Below are positions 17,708 to 25,422 of a DNA stretch of 25,422 bases, piece by piece. The first letter of the stretch is position 1. Each line of letters opens with the position of its first letter. A model generated the notes under the pieces. That model saw only the letters and a program-made list of their open reading frames with translations. It searched no databases and was not told where the DNA came from. The translations under genes and the position numbers were made by a program. The stretch covers positions 1-25,422 of IMG/VR virus record IMGVR_UViG_3300021964_000470. One strand, given 5' to 3'. Source of the stretch: a virus. Lineage: Duplodnaviria > Caudoviricetes.

Positions 17708-18411
17708 CTTACAGCGGATTTGAAACAAGAAGTATTGGCAGCAAAGACTGTACTTATTTCAATAATGGTACCCCAGACAATCAATATGATTACATCCTGA
17801 AACCAATGACAGGTGACACGGATTATCCTGAGGATGCCTGTCCCCTTTATTATCACGCTTATTTCCAGGTTGATCGCATTCAATTGAATCAACAGATCAA
17901 TGGTAGTGGTCTTATCAACATCGGTGGTTCCATTGACTCTGGTAGTTCTATCAATGCTGCTGGTAATGTAACCTCCAATGGTGGAACTCACGTTCTCTCT
18001 GCTAAGAAGAACTTTGACATTCCTCACCCAACCAAAGAAGGTTGGAGACTTCGCCACACTTGTATTGAGGGACCTGAGAATGCTGTGTTCTTCCGTGGTG
18101 TAATGAGAGACACACAGTACATCAACCTTCCTGAGTATTGGCAGGGACTGGTGAATCCTGAGACCATCACAGTCAATCTAACTCAGATCGGAACCTCACA
18201 GGATTTGATTGTGGAGAAGATTGAATGGGGTCGTCGTATCAAAGTGAAGTCTGGCAATGCTTCTACCATTCACTGTCATTATGTGGTTTATGGTGAGCGT
18301 AAGGATGGAGAAGTCCTGATTGCTGAATATGAAGGTGAGACACCTGCTGACTACCCAGGCAACAATGAGGAATACTCGGTGTCTGGTTACCATTATGATA
18401 AGAAAAAATGA
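17704..18411 (+). CDS. Fibre/spike-type protein with C-terminal KNFDIPHP-RLRH chaperone-like domain (paralog 2)
   Basis: Same C-terminal domain as the upstream gene, including EYEG.TPADYPGNN..YS.SGYHYD. Confidence 0.6.
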   Translation: MTYSGFETRSIGSKDCTYFNNGTPDNQYDYILKPMTGDTDYPEDACPLYYHAYFQVDRIQLNQQINGSGLINIGGSIDSGSSINAAGNVTSNGGTHVLSAKKNFDIPHPTKEGWRLRHTCIEGPENAVFFRGVMRDTQYINLPEYWQGLVNPETITVNLTQIGTSQDLIVEKIEWGRRIKVKSGNASTIHCHYVVYGERKDGEVLIAEYEGETPADYPGNNEEYSVSGYHYDKKK

Positions 18412-18587
18412 GACCTGAAACAAGAAAGTCAATGGAAATGTTGTTCAATGCACGGTGGAATGTTCCCACTGCTGCCAAGAACTGCAACTTGACAGAAAAG
18501 GAAATGAAGATTACATTTAATGAGTACTGTGTGTTTCATCCTAAGACTTATACTGGAACAAAGGAAGATCAACTCTGGTTGTTTTAA
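18408..18587 (+). CDS. Small cyanophage hypothetical protein, 59 aa (possible HTH-like)
   Basis: Hand translation gives MRPETRKSMEMLFNARWNVPTAAKNCNLTEKEMKITFNEYC...LWLF*. ATGA overlap with the previous stop. Confidence 0.75.
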   Translation: MRPETRKSMEMLFNARWNVPTAAKNCNLTEKEMKITFNEYCVFHPKTYTGTKEDQLWLF

Positions 18588-18590
18588 CTT

Positions 18591-18758
18591 ATGAAAATAA
18601 ATCTGTGGTATTGTCAACATATGGGTCAGTGGAGGTGGACTCTCTGCGATGATCATAGACCCATCATCAAGATGGAATCTGGTCAGAGACCAGACCTTCG
18701 TGATGCGATGAATGATGTGGCAAACACAGTTGAATACATGTTAGAAAAAGGGTTATAA
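18591..18758 (+). CDS. Small cyanophage hypothetical protein, 55 aa
   Basis: Hand translation gives MKINLWYCQHMGQWRWTLCDDHRPIIKMESGQRPDLRDAMNDVANTVEYMLEKGL*. Starts 3 nt after the previous stop. Confidence 0.75.
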   Translation: MKINLWYCQHMGQWRWTLCDDHRPIIKMESGQRPDLRDAMNDVANTVEYMLEKGL

Positions 18759-18759
18759 T
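18730..18759 (+). promoter_or_regulatory. Sigma70-type promoter inside the 3' end of the 55-aa ORF
   Basis: TTGAAT (18730-18735), 18-nt spacer, perfect TATAAT (18754-18759). Predicted TSS near G18766. Confidence 0.55.
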
Positions 18760-18765
18760 TAGTGT

Positions 18766-18815
18766 GTGTGAAGGAAGTGCAAAAGACACCTGGGGTGACC
18801 TGGGTGTCTTTCTTT
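18766..18815 (+). ncRNA. Candidate ~50-nt sRNA with a 5' end complementary to the cyanobacterial Yfr1 motif
   Basis: A promoter and a terminator bracket the non-coding GTGTGAAGGAAGTGC, which is the reverse complement of ACUCCUCACAC with two extra A. Confidence 0.45.
18782..18815 (+). terminator. Intrinsic terminator
   Basis: 13-bp stem AAAGACACCTGGG / CCTGGGTGTCTTT with two G-U pairs, a GTGA (GNRA) tetraloop and a T-rich tail. Confidence 0.8.
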
Positions 18816-18820
18816 ATGCT

Positions 18821-18828
18821 ACTAAATA
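18821..18828 (+). promoter_or_regulatory. Putative late promoter ACTAAATA for the giant fibre gene
   Basis: Immediately after the terminator and 35 nt before the ATG at 18864. Confidence 0.65.
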
Positions 18829-18863
18829 ACTCATAAGTAGAACCGTGCGCTGGTTGTAAGAAG

Positions 18864-21800
18864 ATGCCACTCTCTCGTTTAGATAATTTCCTCAAGAATG
18901 TCAGGGGAAACGTTCTTTATGTTGATCCCAATGGTTTGGATGCCACTGACAGTGTAGAAAACACTGGTAACTCAGCATCTCGTCCTTTCTTATCCATCCA
19001 AAGGGCCCTCCTGGAAGCAGCAAGATTTTCATATCAAGTAGGTACTGACAACGATCGTTTTGCTCAGACAACAATCGTTCTGACCCCTGCAGATTATGTT
19101 GTAGATAACAGACCTGGTTGGATTCCTGATGGTTCAATCTTCTACCAGAGAAACGGTTCTACTACTTCTTCTTTCCCTCAACTGACCACGGCATCTAACT
19201 TCGATGTTGAGGATCCTGACAATGTTCTGGTAAGAGCAAACAGCATCTACGGTGGTGTTATCGTTCCTCGTGGTGTTTCGATTGTAAGTTCTGATCCAAG
19301 AAAGACAAAAATCAGACCTAAGTACGTTCCCGATCCAACAAACACCAACATTGAGAGATCTGCTGTCTTCCGTCTGACGGGTGGTTCTTACATTGAGGGT
19401 GTAACCATTCTTGATGGTGATCCTTATGGAACAGTTTACAATAACTATGGTACAACAACATCTGTTCCTAACTTCTCACACCACAAACTCACAGCATTTG
19501 AATATGCTGATGGTGTCAACTCAATCAATATCAGTGATTCCTTCCTGACTTTCTACACTTCCAGAACTGATCTGGATGTTTATTATGAGAAAGTTGGTCT
19601 TCTGTATGGTCCAAACTCTGGTCGTGAGATCTCACCAGATTATCCATCCAGCGGTGTAGACATCAATACTAAGGTTGATGAGTATCGTATCGTTGCTCCT
19701 CTGTCTGGAAGAGCAGGCATCAGCACCATTGAAGCAGGTGATGGTGTTTCTCCAACCACAGTCATCACGGTCACACTGACTGATGAACTGCCAGGCATCA
19801 ACGTTGACACTGCTATTGTTGTCAGTGGTGTCAGTGATAATGCTTATAATGGAACATTCATTGTTGATAATGTAATCACAACCAATGCCAATGGAACTAA
19901 GAAGTTCCAGTATGAAGTCCCAGCAGCACCAACAGACGCTTCACCAACTGTTGCTGGTACCAGAGTTGAGTTGGCAATCAACTCCACCACAAGTTCTTCT
20001 CCTTATATTGTTCAGACAACAATCAAATCTTCTTATGGTTTATGTGGTGTCTTTGCTGATGGATCTAAGGTTAGTGGATTCAAATCGATTCTGTTGAATG
20101 AGGTCAATGGTATTGGTCTTCAGAATGATGAGAATGCTTTCCTGAGATTCAATTCTACCAGTGGAAGTTTTGATGACTCGGGTTCAGTTTCTAACCTGAA
20201 CAATGATCCTGATGCAGTTTACAAACCTGCTTATTACAACTACTTTGTAAAGGTTGCCAATAAGGCATTTGCTCAGATTGTTTCCTCCTTTGGTATCAGT
20301 TACTCCCAACAGTTTGTAACTGACAGTGGTGGTACTTTCTCTGCTTCCAACTGTAACTCCAACATGGGTCAGAACTCTCTGTACTCCATGGGATTTAGAG
20401 ATGATGCTTATGCCAGAGATGACATTGGTTATCTCTCTCACATTGTTCCACCTAAGTTCAATGTTGCCACAGACATCAACCTGGAATTTGATGCCATTGA
20501 TGTTTCCAAGACTGTTGGTGTTGGTTCAACATCCAGACTTTATCTTTACCAACAAACCAGTCAGGCATCTGCACCTAAGTCAGTTCTTCAGGGTTACAGA
20601 ATTGGTGCCAAACAGAATGGAAGACTTTCAGTCAACATCAATGACACCAATTATTATGCCAGGGTCATCATGCCCAACACGGAGAAAGACATTAATCAGG
20701 TCTCCTCTGTAAAAGTTGTTGAGGTTGGAACCAATGTTTCCACTGGTAACAGCATCTCAGCAAACACAATTACTCTGAAAGAAGATCACCAGTTCCTGAA
20801 TGGTGAATCCATCAGAGTTCTTTCTGATAATGCTCGTATTCCTGATGGATTGGAAGCAAACAAAGTTTACTTTGCCATTACTGATGGTCTGAGTGATAAC
20901 CAAGTTCAGGTTGCCATCTCACTGAATGATGCCATCAATGGTAATGAGTTGGTCATCAACAACTTGGGTGGAAACCTGAGAGTTGAGTCTCGTGTTTCTG
21001 ATAAAAGAGCAGGTGACATTGGTCACCCAATTCAGTGGGACTCCGATGAAAGTCAGTGGTTTGTTCAGGTTGCCACAGCAGCAACTGATAACTCACTTTA
21101 TCCAACTGTTGTCTCACTTGGAACAGCAGAACTGGGAGATGCAACACCAAGAACTTACATCACCAGAAAACCAGACACCAGAGCACTTCAGGACAGAATT
21201 TATCGTGCTCGTTACGTTATTCCTGCTGGATCTGGCATCTCATCCTCCAGACCACCACAAAAGGATTACATCCTTCAGCAATCCAATGATGTAACTGGTG
21301 CTAATGACGCTGAGGTTGCACTTCCTTATAACCCCAACACAGTCTCAATGACCAACGTCACTGAGATGAGAAACTTTAGTTTCATTCGTGCCGCTGAGTG
21401 GACATCCAACGAAGCAAAATATACCACAGAACTTCCTCACAAACTCTCTATTGGATCTAAGGTCAAGGTTGTCAATGTCACCAGTGCCAACAACACAACT
21501 GCCATTGGTAACTCTGGTTTCAATGGAACCTTTACAGTTTCTGGAATTGCAAGTGCTAACCAGTTCACAGTAACCAACTCTTACAGTGATCCTGGTGCTT
21601 TCACCAACAACACTTCAGAAAGAACCACTTCACTCCCAACCTTCCAGAGAGTTGAAGCAGCAAATAACTTCTATGTTTATGATGTCAGTCCCATCATTCC
21701 TTATGTTACAGGTGTTCAGGATGGTGTATATTACCTGACTATTATTGACTCAAGCAACACACCAACAATCACACCATTCAACAACTCTGATAACTTCTCC

Positions 21801-24683
21801 TTCTCTGCTCCAGTTGAGGATCTTTACCCACAAGCAGACAGAGACAATCCTCAGTCTGATCCTGTTGAGACTACAACTTATGCTCCAGCAAACCTTCTGG
21901 GTTCAGTTGTTGTTGATGATCCAAGAAACAGTATCACAAGACAGGCAGTCAATAGATCATATGGTGATTTTGGAATTGGTGTTGGAATTACTGACATTGT
22001 TTCTACAGCAGCAGGAACAGCACATACAATCTTCACCAGATATGACCATGGTCTGAATGGTGTTACTCTGGTTGCCATTAGCACTGCTGGTGCTGGTTAT
22101 GGTAATGGAACTGGATCTGCTGAGAACCTTTACAATGCCACACTGACTGGTTCTTCCACTGGTGCCAACGGAACAGCAAGAGTTACAGTCAACTCCTCTG
22201 GTGCTGTAACTGGTGTCAAGATCATGAACAGTGGAACCAACTATGCTGTTGGCGATGTTCTGACTGTTACAGGAACAGCAACCACAACTGGTTTCAGCAC
22301 AGCATATCTGACTGTTTCTGCTATCAATGATAACATTGGTGACACTCTGAGAGTTGCTGGTGTGACCTCTGAGGGTTATGCTGGTTATAACCAACTCTAT
22401 AGAATCACTGGAAGCGCTGGTCTGAAGTCAATCCAAGCAACATCAGTTGATCCAGTTTATAACAACTCCATCATTGGTGTTGGTGGTGATGTTACAACCA
22501 CAGCATTTGCTCATGTTACAGGATCTAAACTGGATGTTTCTTCCTTTGTTGTCAACACTTCAGTTGGTCTGGCAACAGTCACCACAGTTCAACCTCATGG
22601 TCTGAGAGTTGACAGTGCTATTACTTTGGGTGGCGCATCTGATGATCTTTACAATGGAACCTTTGTTGTTACTCAGAATGTTGGACTGACAACCTTTGTT
22701 GTGAACATTGGTGTTTCAACTCTGAGTCCTGCAGTTTCTGGAACACAGAGAGCATACTATCCTGGACTGACTGCTCAGGAAGGAACAACCAACTTTATCA
22801 ATGAGAACTTTGGTGGAAGATTCCATAACGTCTACGCTGGAATCTCAACTGTTCTTTCTGATGAAGTTGCAAGTGCATCTGTTACAGAGATTAGAATTGA
22901 GAACCTTTCCAACTTCAACTTTGGAATTGGTGATTATCTGAGAGTTGATGATGAGATCATGAGAATCAAGTCAACTGTAACCACCAACCCAGTTGAAGTC
23001 TTTAGAGGTCTGTTTGGAACTGTTTCTGCAACTCATGCCACAGGATCAGTTGTTAGAAAGATTCTGGTCAACCCAGTTGAACTGAGACAACCATCAGGAA
23101 TCACTGCTAATGGTCACACCTTTGAATACCCTGGTTATGGTGCTGGTAACTACTCCACAGCACTTCCACAACTCCAGAACACTCAACTCACTGATAATCA
23201 AGAGAGACTTGCACAGAACCTTGAGTCGGGTGGTGGATCTAACCAATTCTCTGGTTACAATGCCAATGGCGATTACTTCATTGGTAACAGAAAGATTGAC
23301 AGATCAACTGGAAGATCGACTACAATTGACACTCCAGTCCCAACAGCAACTGGTGAAGATTTTGATTCACTGACGACCAACCCCGAAGTTGATCTCATCC
23401 AGACTGATGAGATTCGCACAAGAACCTCCATCATAGTTTCTGGTGGTCTTTACAACGATTCCATCTCTGAGTTTGATGGACCAGTTGTTCTTACACAGAA
23501 ACTGACCTCAACGTCCTCTGATGGTATTGAGGCACAGTCACTGTTCCTCCAAGGCGACAGAACAGTTGCCAGAAATTACACTGTTGGAATTTCAACTCCA
23601 ACCACAGCAGGTAACCCTGGTGATGTTGTTTATAATGCATCTCCTGTTAAGGGTGGTTACATGGGTTGGGTCTTCACCAGAGAGAACACTTGGTTCCCAT
23701 TTGGTAACGTTGGTGTTGACACAGGAACAACCAATGCAATCTTTGATAAGGTTGGTGTTGCCACTGATGATCCTGGTGATTGTGCACTCAAGGTTGGTTC
23801 TGGAACAACTCTGTTCTGTGTTGACAATGATGGAGTTGGAATTGGAACCACAGCAAATGGTGAGAAACTGAATGTTGATGGTTATGTTGTTGCACTTGGA
23901 TTCACAGGTGATGGTTCGGGACTGACTAATCTTCAGAATGACAGTGCTTGGGCAGGCATCAGCACCATTTATCCAATTGACAATAAGAGTGTTGGAATTG
24001 GAACCACATTCCCATCCACAGATTACAAACTCTCTGTTGGAACACCAGGCACAGGTGGAACTGATCTTTATGTTGCTAATGACACCCAGATTGATGGGGT
24101 TGTAACCCTAAATGGTGGTGCAAATGTCACTGGCATTGTGACAGTCACATCATTCAACATGAATGACTCCAGTGGAACACTGACTGCTGGAATCATTACT
24201 GCCACAACTCTGGATGTCAACTCCAGTGGAGACAAACTGACAGTCAATTCCTCGGGTGTTGGTGTTGGAACTGCCACTCCAAGAGCAGCTTTGGATGTTG
24301 AAGGAGCAGCAAGGTTCAAGACTTACTATGAGATTCCAAAGGCAATCAGCAGTGTTGGAAGTGTTGTAACTCTGGATCTTTCTAAAGCACAGACATTTAT
24401 TCTTACTGTAAGTGAGATTGTTGCTTACTTTGAACTGATCAATGTTCCATCATCCTCAGCAACTACCTTTACAATCCAGATCATTCAGGATTCCTCAACT
24501 GCTTATTCTGTTGACATTGATGACTTTAGAACCAGTGGTGGTTCTGCCATCCCACTCAGATGGCCAGGTGGAATTGCACCAACAGTCACACCAGTTGCAA
24601 GTGCAGTTGATGTTTATTCATTCATGACATTTGATGGTGGATCTAACCTTTATGGTGTTATCGGAGGCCAGAACTTCTCATGA
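18864..24683 (+). CDS. Giant virion structural / tail fibre protein (1939 aa)
   Basis: Cyanophage fibre-type N-terminus MPLSRLDNFLKN..GN.LYVDP, T/S/G/V-rich repeated beta modules, VGIGT repeats and a C-terminal WPGG.APT...DVYSF.TFDGG...GQNFS domain. Confidence 0.8.
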   Translation: MPLSRLDNFLKNVRGNVLYVDPNGLDATDSVENTGNSASRPFLSIQRALLEAARFSYQVGTDNDRFAQTTIVLTPADYVVDNRPGWIPDGSIFYQRNGSTTSSFPQLTTASNFDVEDPDNVLVRANSIYGGVIVPRGVSIVSSDPRKTKIRPKYVPDPTNTNIERSAVFRLTGGSYIEGVTILDGDPYGTVYNNYGTTTSVPNFSHHKLTAFEYADGVNSINISDSFLTFYTSRTDLDVYYEKVGLLYGPNSGREISPDYPSSGVDINTKVDEYRIVAPLSGRAGISTIEAGDGVSPTTVITVTLTDELPGINVDTAIVVSGVSDNAYNGTFIVDNVITTNANGTKKFQYEVPAAPTDASPTVAGTRVELAINSTTSSSPYIVQTTIKSSYGLCGVFADGSKVSGFKSILLNEVNGIGLQNDENAFLRFNSTSGSFDDSGSVSNLNNDPDAVYKPAYYNYFVKVANKAFAQIVSSFGISYSQQFVTDSGGTFSASNCNSNMGQNSLYSMGFRDDAYARDDIGYLSHIVPPKFNVATDINLEFDAIDVSKTVGVGSTSRLYLYQQTSQASAPKSVLQGYRIGAKQNGRLSVNINDTNYYARVIMPNTEKDINQVSSVKVVEVGTNVSTGNSISANTITLKEDHQFLNGESIRVLSDNARIPDGLEANKVYFAITDGLSDNQVQVAISLNDAINGNELVINNLGGNLRVESRVSDKRAGDIGHPIQWDSDESQWFVQVATAATDNSLYPTVVSLGTAELGDATPRTYITRKPDTRALQDRIYRARYVIPAGSGISSSRPPQKDYILQQSNDVTGANDAEVALPYNPNTVSMTNVTEMRNFSFIRAAEWTSNEAKYTTELPHKLSIGSKVKVVNVTSANNTTAIGNSGFNGTFTVSGIASANQFTVTNSYSDPGAFTNNTSERTTSLPTFQRVEAANNFYVYDVSPIIPYVTGVQDGVYYLTIIDSSNTPTITPFNNSDNFSFSAPVEDLYPQADRDNPQSDPVETTTYAPANLLGSVVVDDPRNSITRQAVNRSYGDFGIGVGITDIVSTAAGTAHTIFTRYDHGLNGVTLVAISTAGAGYGNGTGSAENLYNATLTGSSTGANGTARVTVNSSGAVTGVKIMNSGTNYAVGDVLTVTGTATTTGFSTAYLTVSAINDNIGDTLRVAGVTSEGYAGYNQLYRITGSAGLKSIQATSVDPVYNNSIIGVGGDVTTTAFAHVTGSKLDVSSFVVNTSVGLATVTTVQPHGLRVDSAITLGGASDDLYNGTFVVTQNVGLTTFVVNIGVSTLSPAVSGTQRAYYPGLTAQEGTTNFINENFGGRFHNVYAGISTVLSDEVASASVTEIRIENLSNFNFGIGDYLRVDDEIMRIKSTVTTNPVEVFRGLFGTVSATHATGSVVRKILVNPVELRQPSGITANGHTFEYPGYGAGNYSTALPQLQNTQLTDNQERLAQNLESGGGSNQFSGYNANGDYFIGNRKIDRSTGRSTTIDTPVPTATGEDFDSLTTNPEVDLIQTDEIRTRTSIIVSGGLYNDSISEFDGPVVLTQKLTSTSSDGIEAQSLFLQGDRTVARNYTVGISTPTTAGNPGDVVYNASPVKGGYMGWVFTRENTWFPFGNVGVDTGTTNAIFDKVGVATDDPGDCALKVGSGTTLFCVDNDGVGIGTTANGEKLNVDGYVVALGFTGDGSGLTNLQNDSAWAGISTIYPIDNKSVGIGTTFPSTDYKLSVGTPGTGGTDLYVANDTQIDGVVTLNGGANVTGIVTVTSFNMNDSSGTLTAGIITATTLDVNSSGDKLTVNSSGVGVGTATPRAALDVEGAARFKTYYEIPKAISSVGSVVTLDLSKAQTFILTVSEIVAYFELINVPSSSATTFTIQIIQDSSTAYSVDIDDFRTSGGSAIPLRWPGGIAPTVTPVASAVDVYSFMTFDGGSNLYGVIGGQNFS

Positions 24684-25422
24684 GCCCAGTAGCGTTTCAT
24701 AACTTCAGGACCATTCAGACTTCTCTGGATCTGAATGGTCCTGTTCTTTCCTTTTCAGAACCACCAGAGGCAGTTACAGCAGGTTTAGTCTCTGGAATTG
24801 CTACTTTTGTTGGAGTTGCCACAGCAACTTTCCCAGGAAACACAGACGCAACAAACTCAGGAACAATCTCTTATCAGTGGTATGACAGTGTAACTGGTGC
24901 TTTGTCTGATGGGGACAATGTGACAGGATCTGCCACAACCACACTCACTCTCAGTAATCTGTTTGGTTCTGCCAATAACAACAGAGAGTTTTATCTGGAA
25001 GCAACTTATAATGCATCTGCTTATGGTTCAGTTGGAGCAGCAAAGTCCACAGGTAATGCAATCAACTCACCACTGAACTCCGATAATGCAGTTCTGACTG
25101 TTTATCCAACCATCTCCTTTACAACACAACCCACATCACAAACTGCTGCTGTGGATGAAAACGCAGAGTTCATTGGAATTGCTGCACTTTCAGATGACAC
25201 TTATGGACCCATTACTCAGGAATGGACCAGAGATGGTGTTCAGTTGGTGGATCAAACTGATCCAGTCATCAGTGGAACAGGAGCAACCACTCTTGTTATT
25301 GAACAGACATCAGTGGGTGTCTCCACAATCCAAACCATTGCTTATGTTGACACTGCTGGTGGAAGAATCTCCACAGAGTCCACAGTTGTTGACTTCACTG
25401 GTGTCAATCCGAGAAACAGACT
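24680..25422 (+). CDS. Ig-like domain structural protein (3' truncated by window)
   Basis: ATGA overlap and open to the window end: MSPVAFHNFRT...ISYQWY...VTGSATTTLTLSNL...LTVYPTISFTTQPTSQT...QEWTRDGV, consistent with tandem Ig-type folds. Confidence 0.75.
   Translation, partial: MSPVAFHNFRTIQTSLDLNGPVLSFSEPPEAVTAGLVSGIATFVGVATATFPGNTDATNSGTISYQWYDSVTGALSDGDNVTGSATTTLTLSNLFGSANNNREFYLEATYNASAYGSVGAAKSTGNAINSPLNSDNAVLTVYPTISFTTQPTSQTAAVDENAEFIGIAALSDDTYGPITQEWTRDGVQLVDQTDPVISGTGATTLVIEQTSVGVSTIQTIAYVDTAGGRISTESTVVDFTGVNPRNR

Noticed and set aside
17280-18400. Diversity-generating retroelement template/variable repeat pair in the two paralogs
   Set aside because: Differences are mostly synonymous and not adenine-specific, both copies are coding, and no reverse transcriptase is in the window.
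18766-18815. Identification of the candidate sRNA as a Yfr2 homolog or tRNA fragment
   Set aside because: It lacks the GGAAACA-type stem-loop I recall for Yfr2 and has no cloverleaf. Only the anti-Yfr1-like 5' end is shared.
18864-24683. Intein or intron in the giant ORF
   Set aside because: I saw no C/S...HN splice motifs or LAGLIDADG/HNH signature, and the frame is uninterrupted with uniform composition.

Overview
A 25.4-kb segment of a T4-like (Kyanoviridae-type) cyanomyovirus genome. The window opens with a replication/nucleotide module on the + strand: thyX C-terminus, a conserved hypothetical, phoH, a PD-(D/E)XK exonuclease, gp33, gp59, a DUF1825-like ORF and gp32. A bidirectional terminator follows, then a - strand block (gp4, gp2-like, gp48, gp53). 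The rest is a long + strand tail/baseplate block: gp54-like, gp26, gp51, two paralogous tape-measure-like proteins, a gp27-like hub, a gp5 N-terminal protein without lysozyme, a spike-like protein, two paralogous fibre-type proteins, two small ORFs, a 1939-aa fibre and a partial Ig-domain protein. Late promoter-like motifs are mostly CTAAATA variants. Three signals stand out. (1) A candidate ~50-nt sRNA at 18766-18815 has its own sigma70-type promoter and terminator, and its 5' end is complementary to the conserved cyanobacterial Yfr1 sRNA motif, so it may be a phage anti-sRNA sponge. (2) A -1 frameshift cassette (SD, T_TTT_TTC, hairpin) would fuse gp26 to gp51 directly upstream of the tape-measure gene, like lambda G/GT. 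(3) A tape-measure paralog carries two repeat-delimited cell-wall hydrolase cassettes: a lysozyme and a possible circularly permuted M23-like domain. All calls come from reading the sequence and recalled family motifs. No searches were run.
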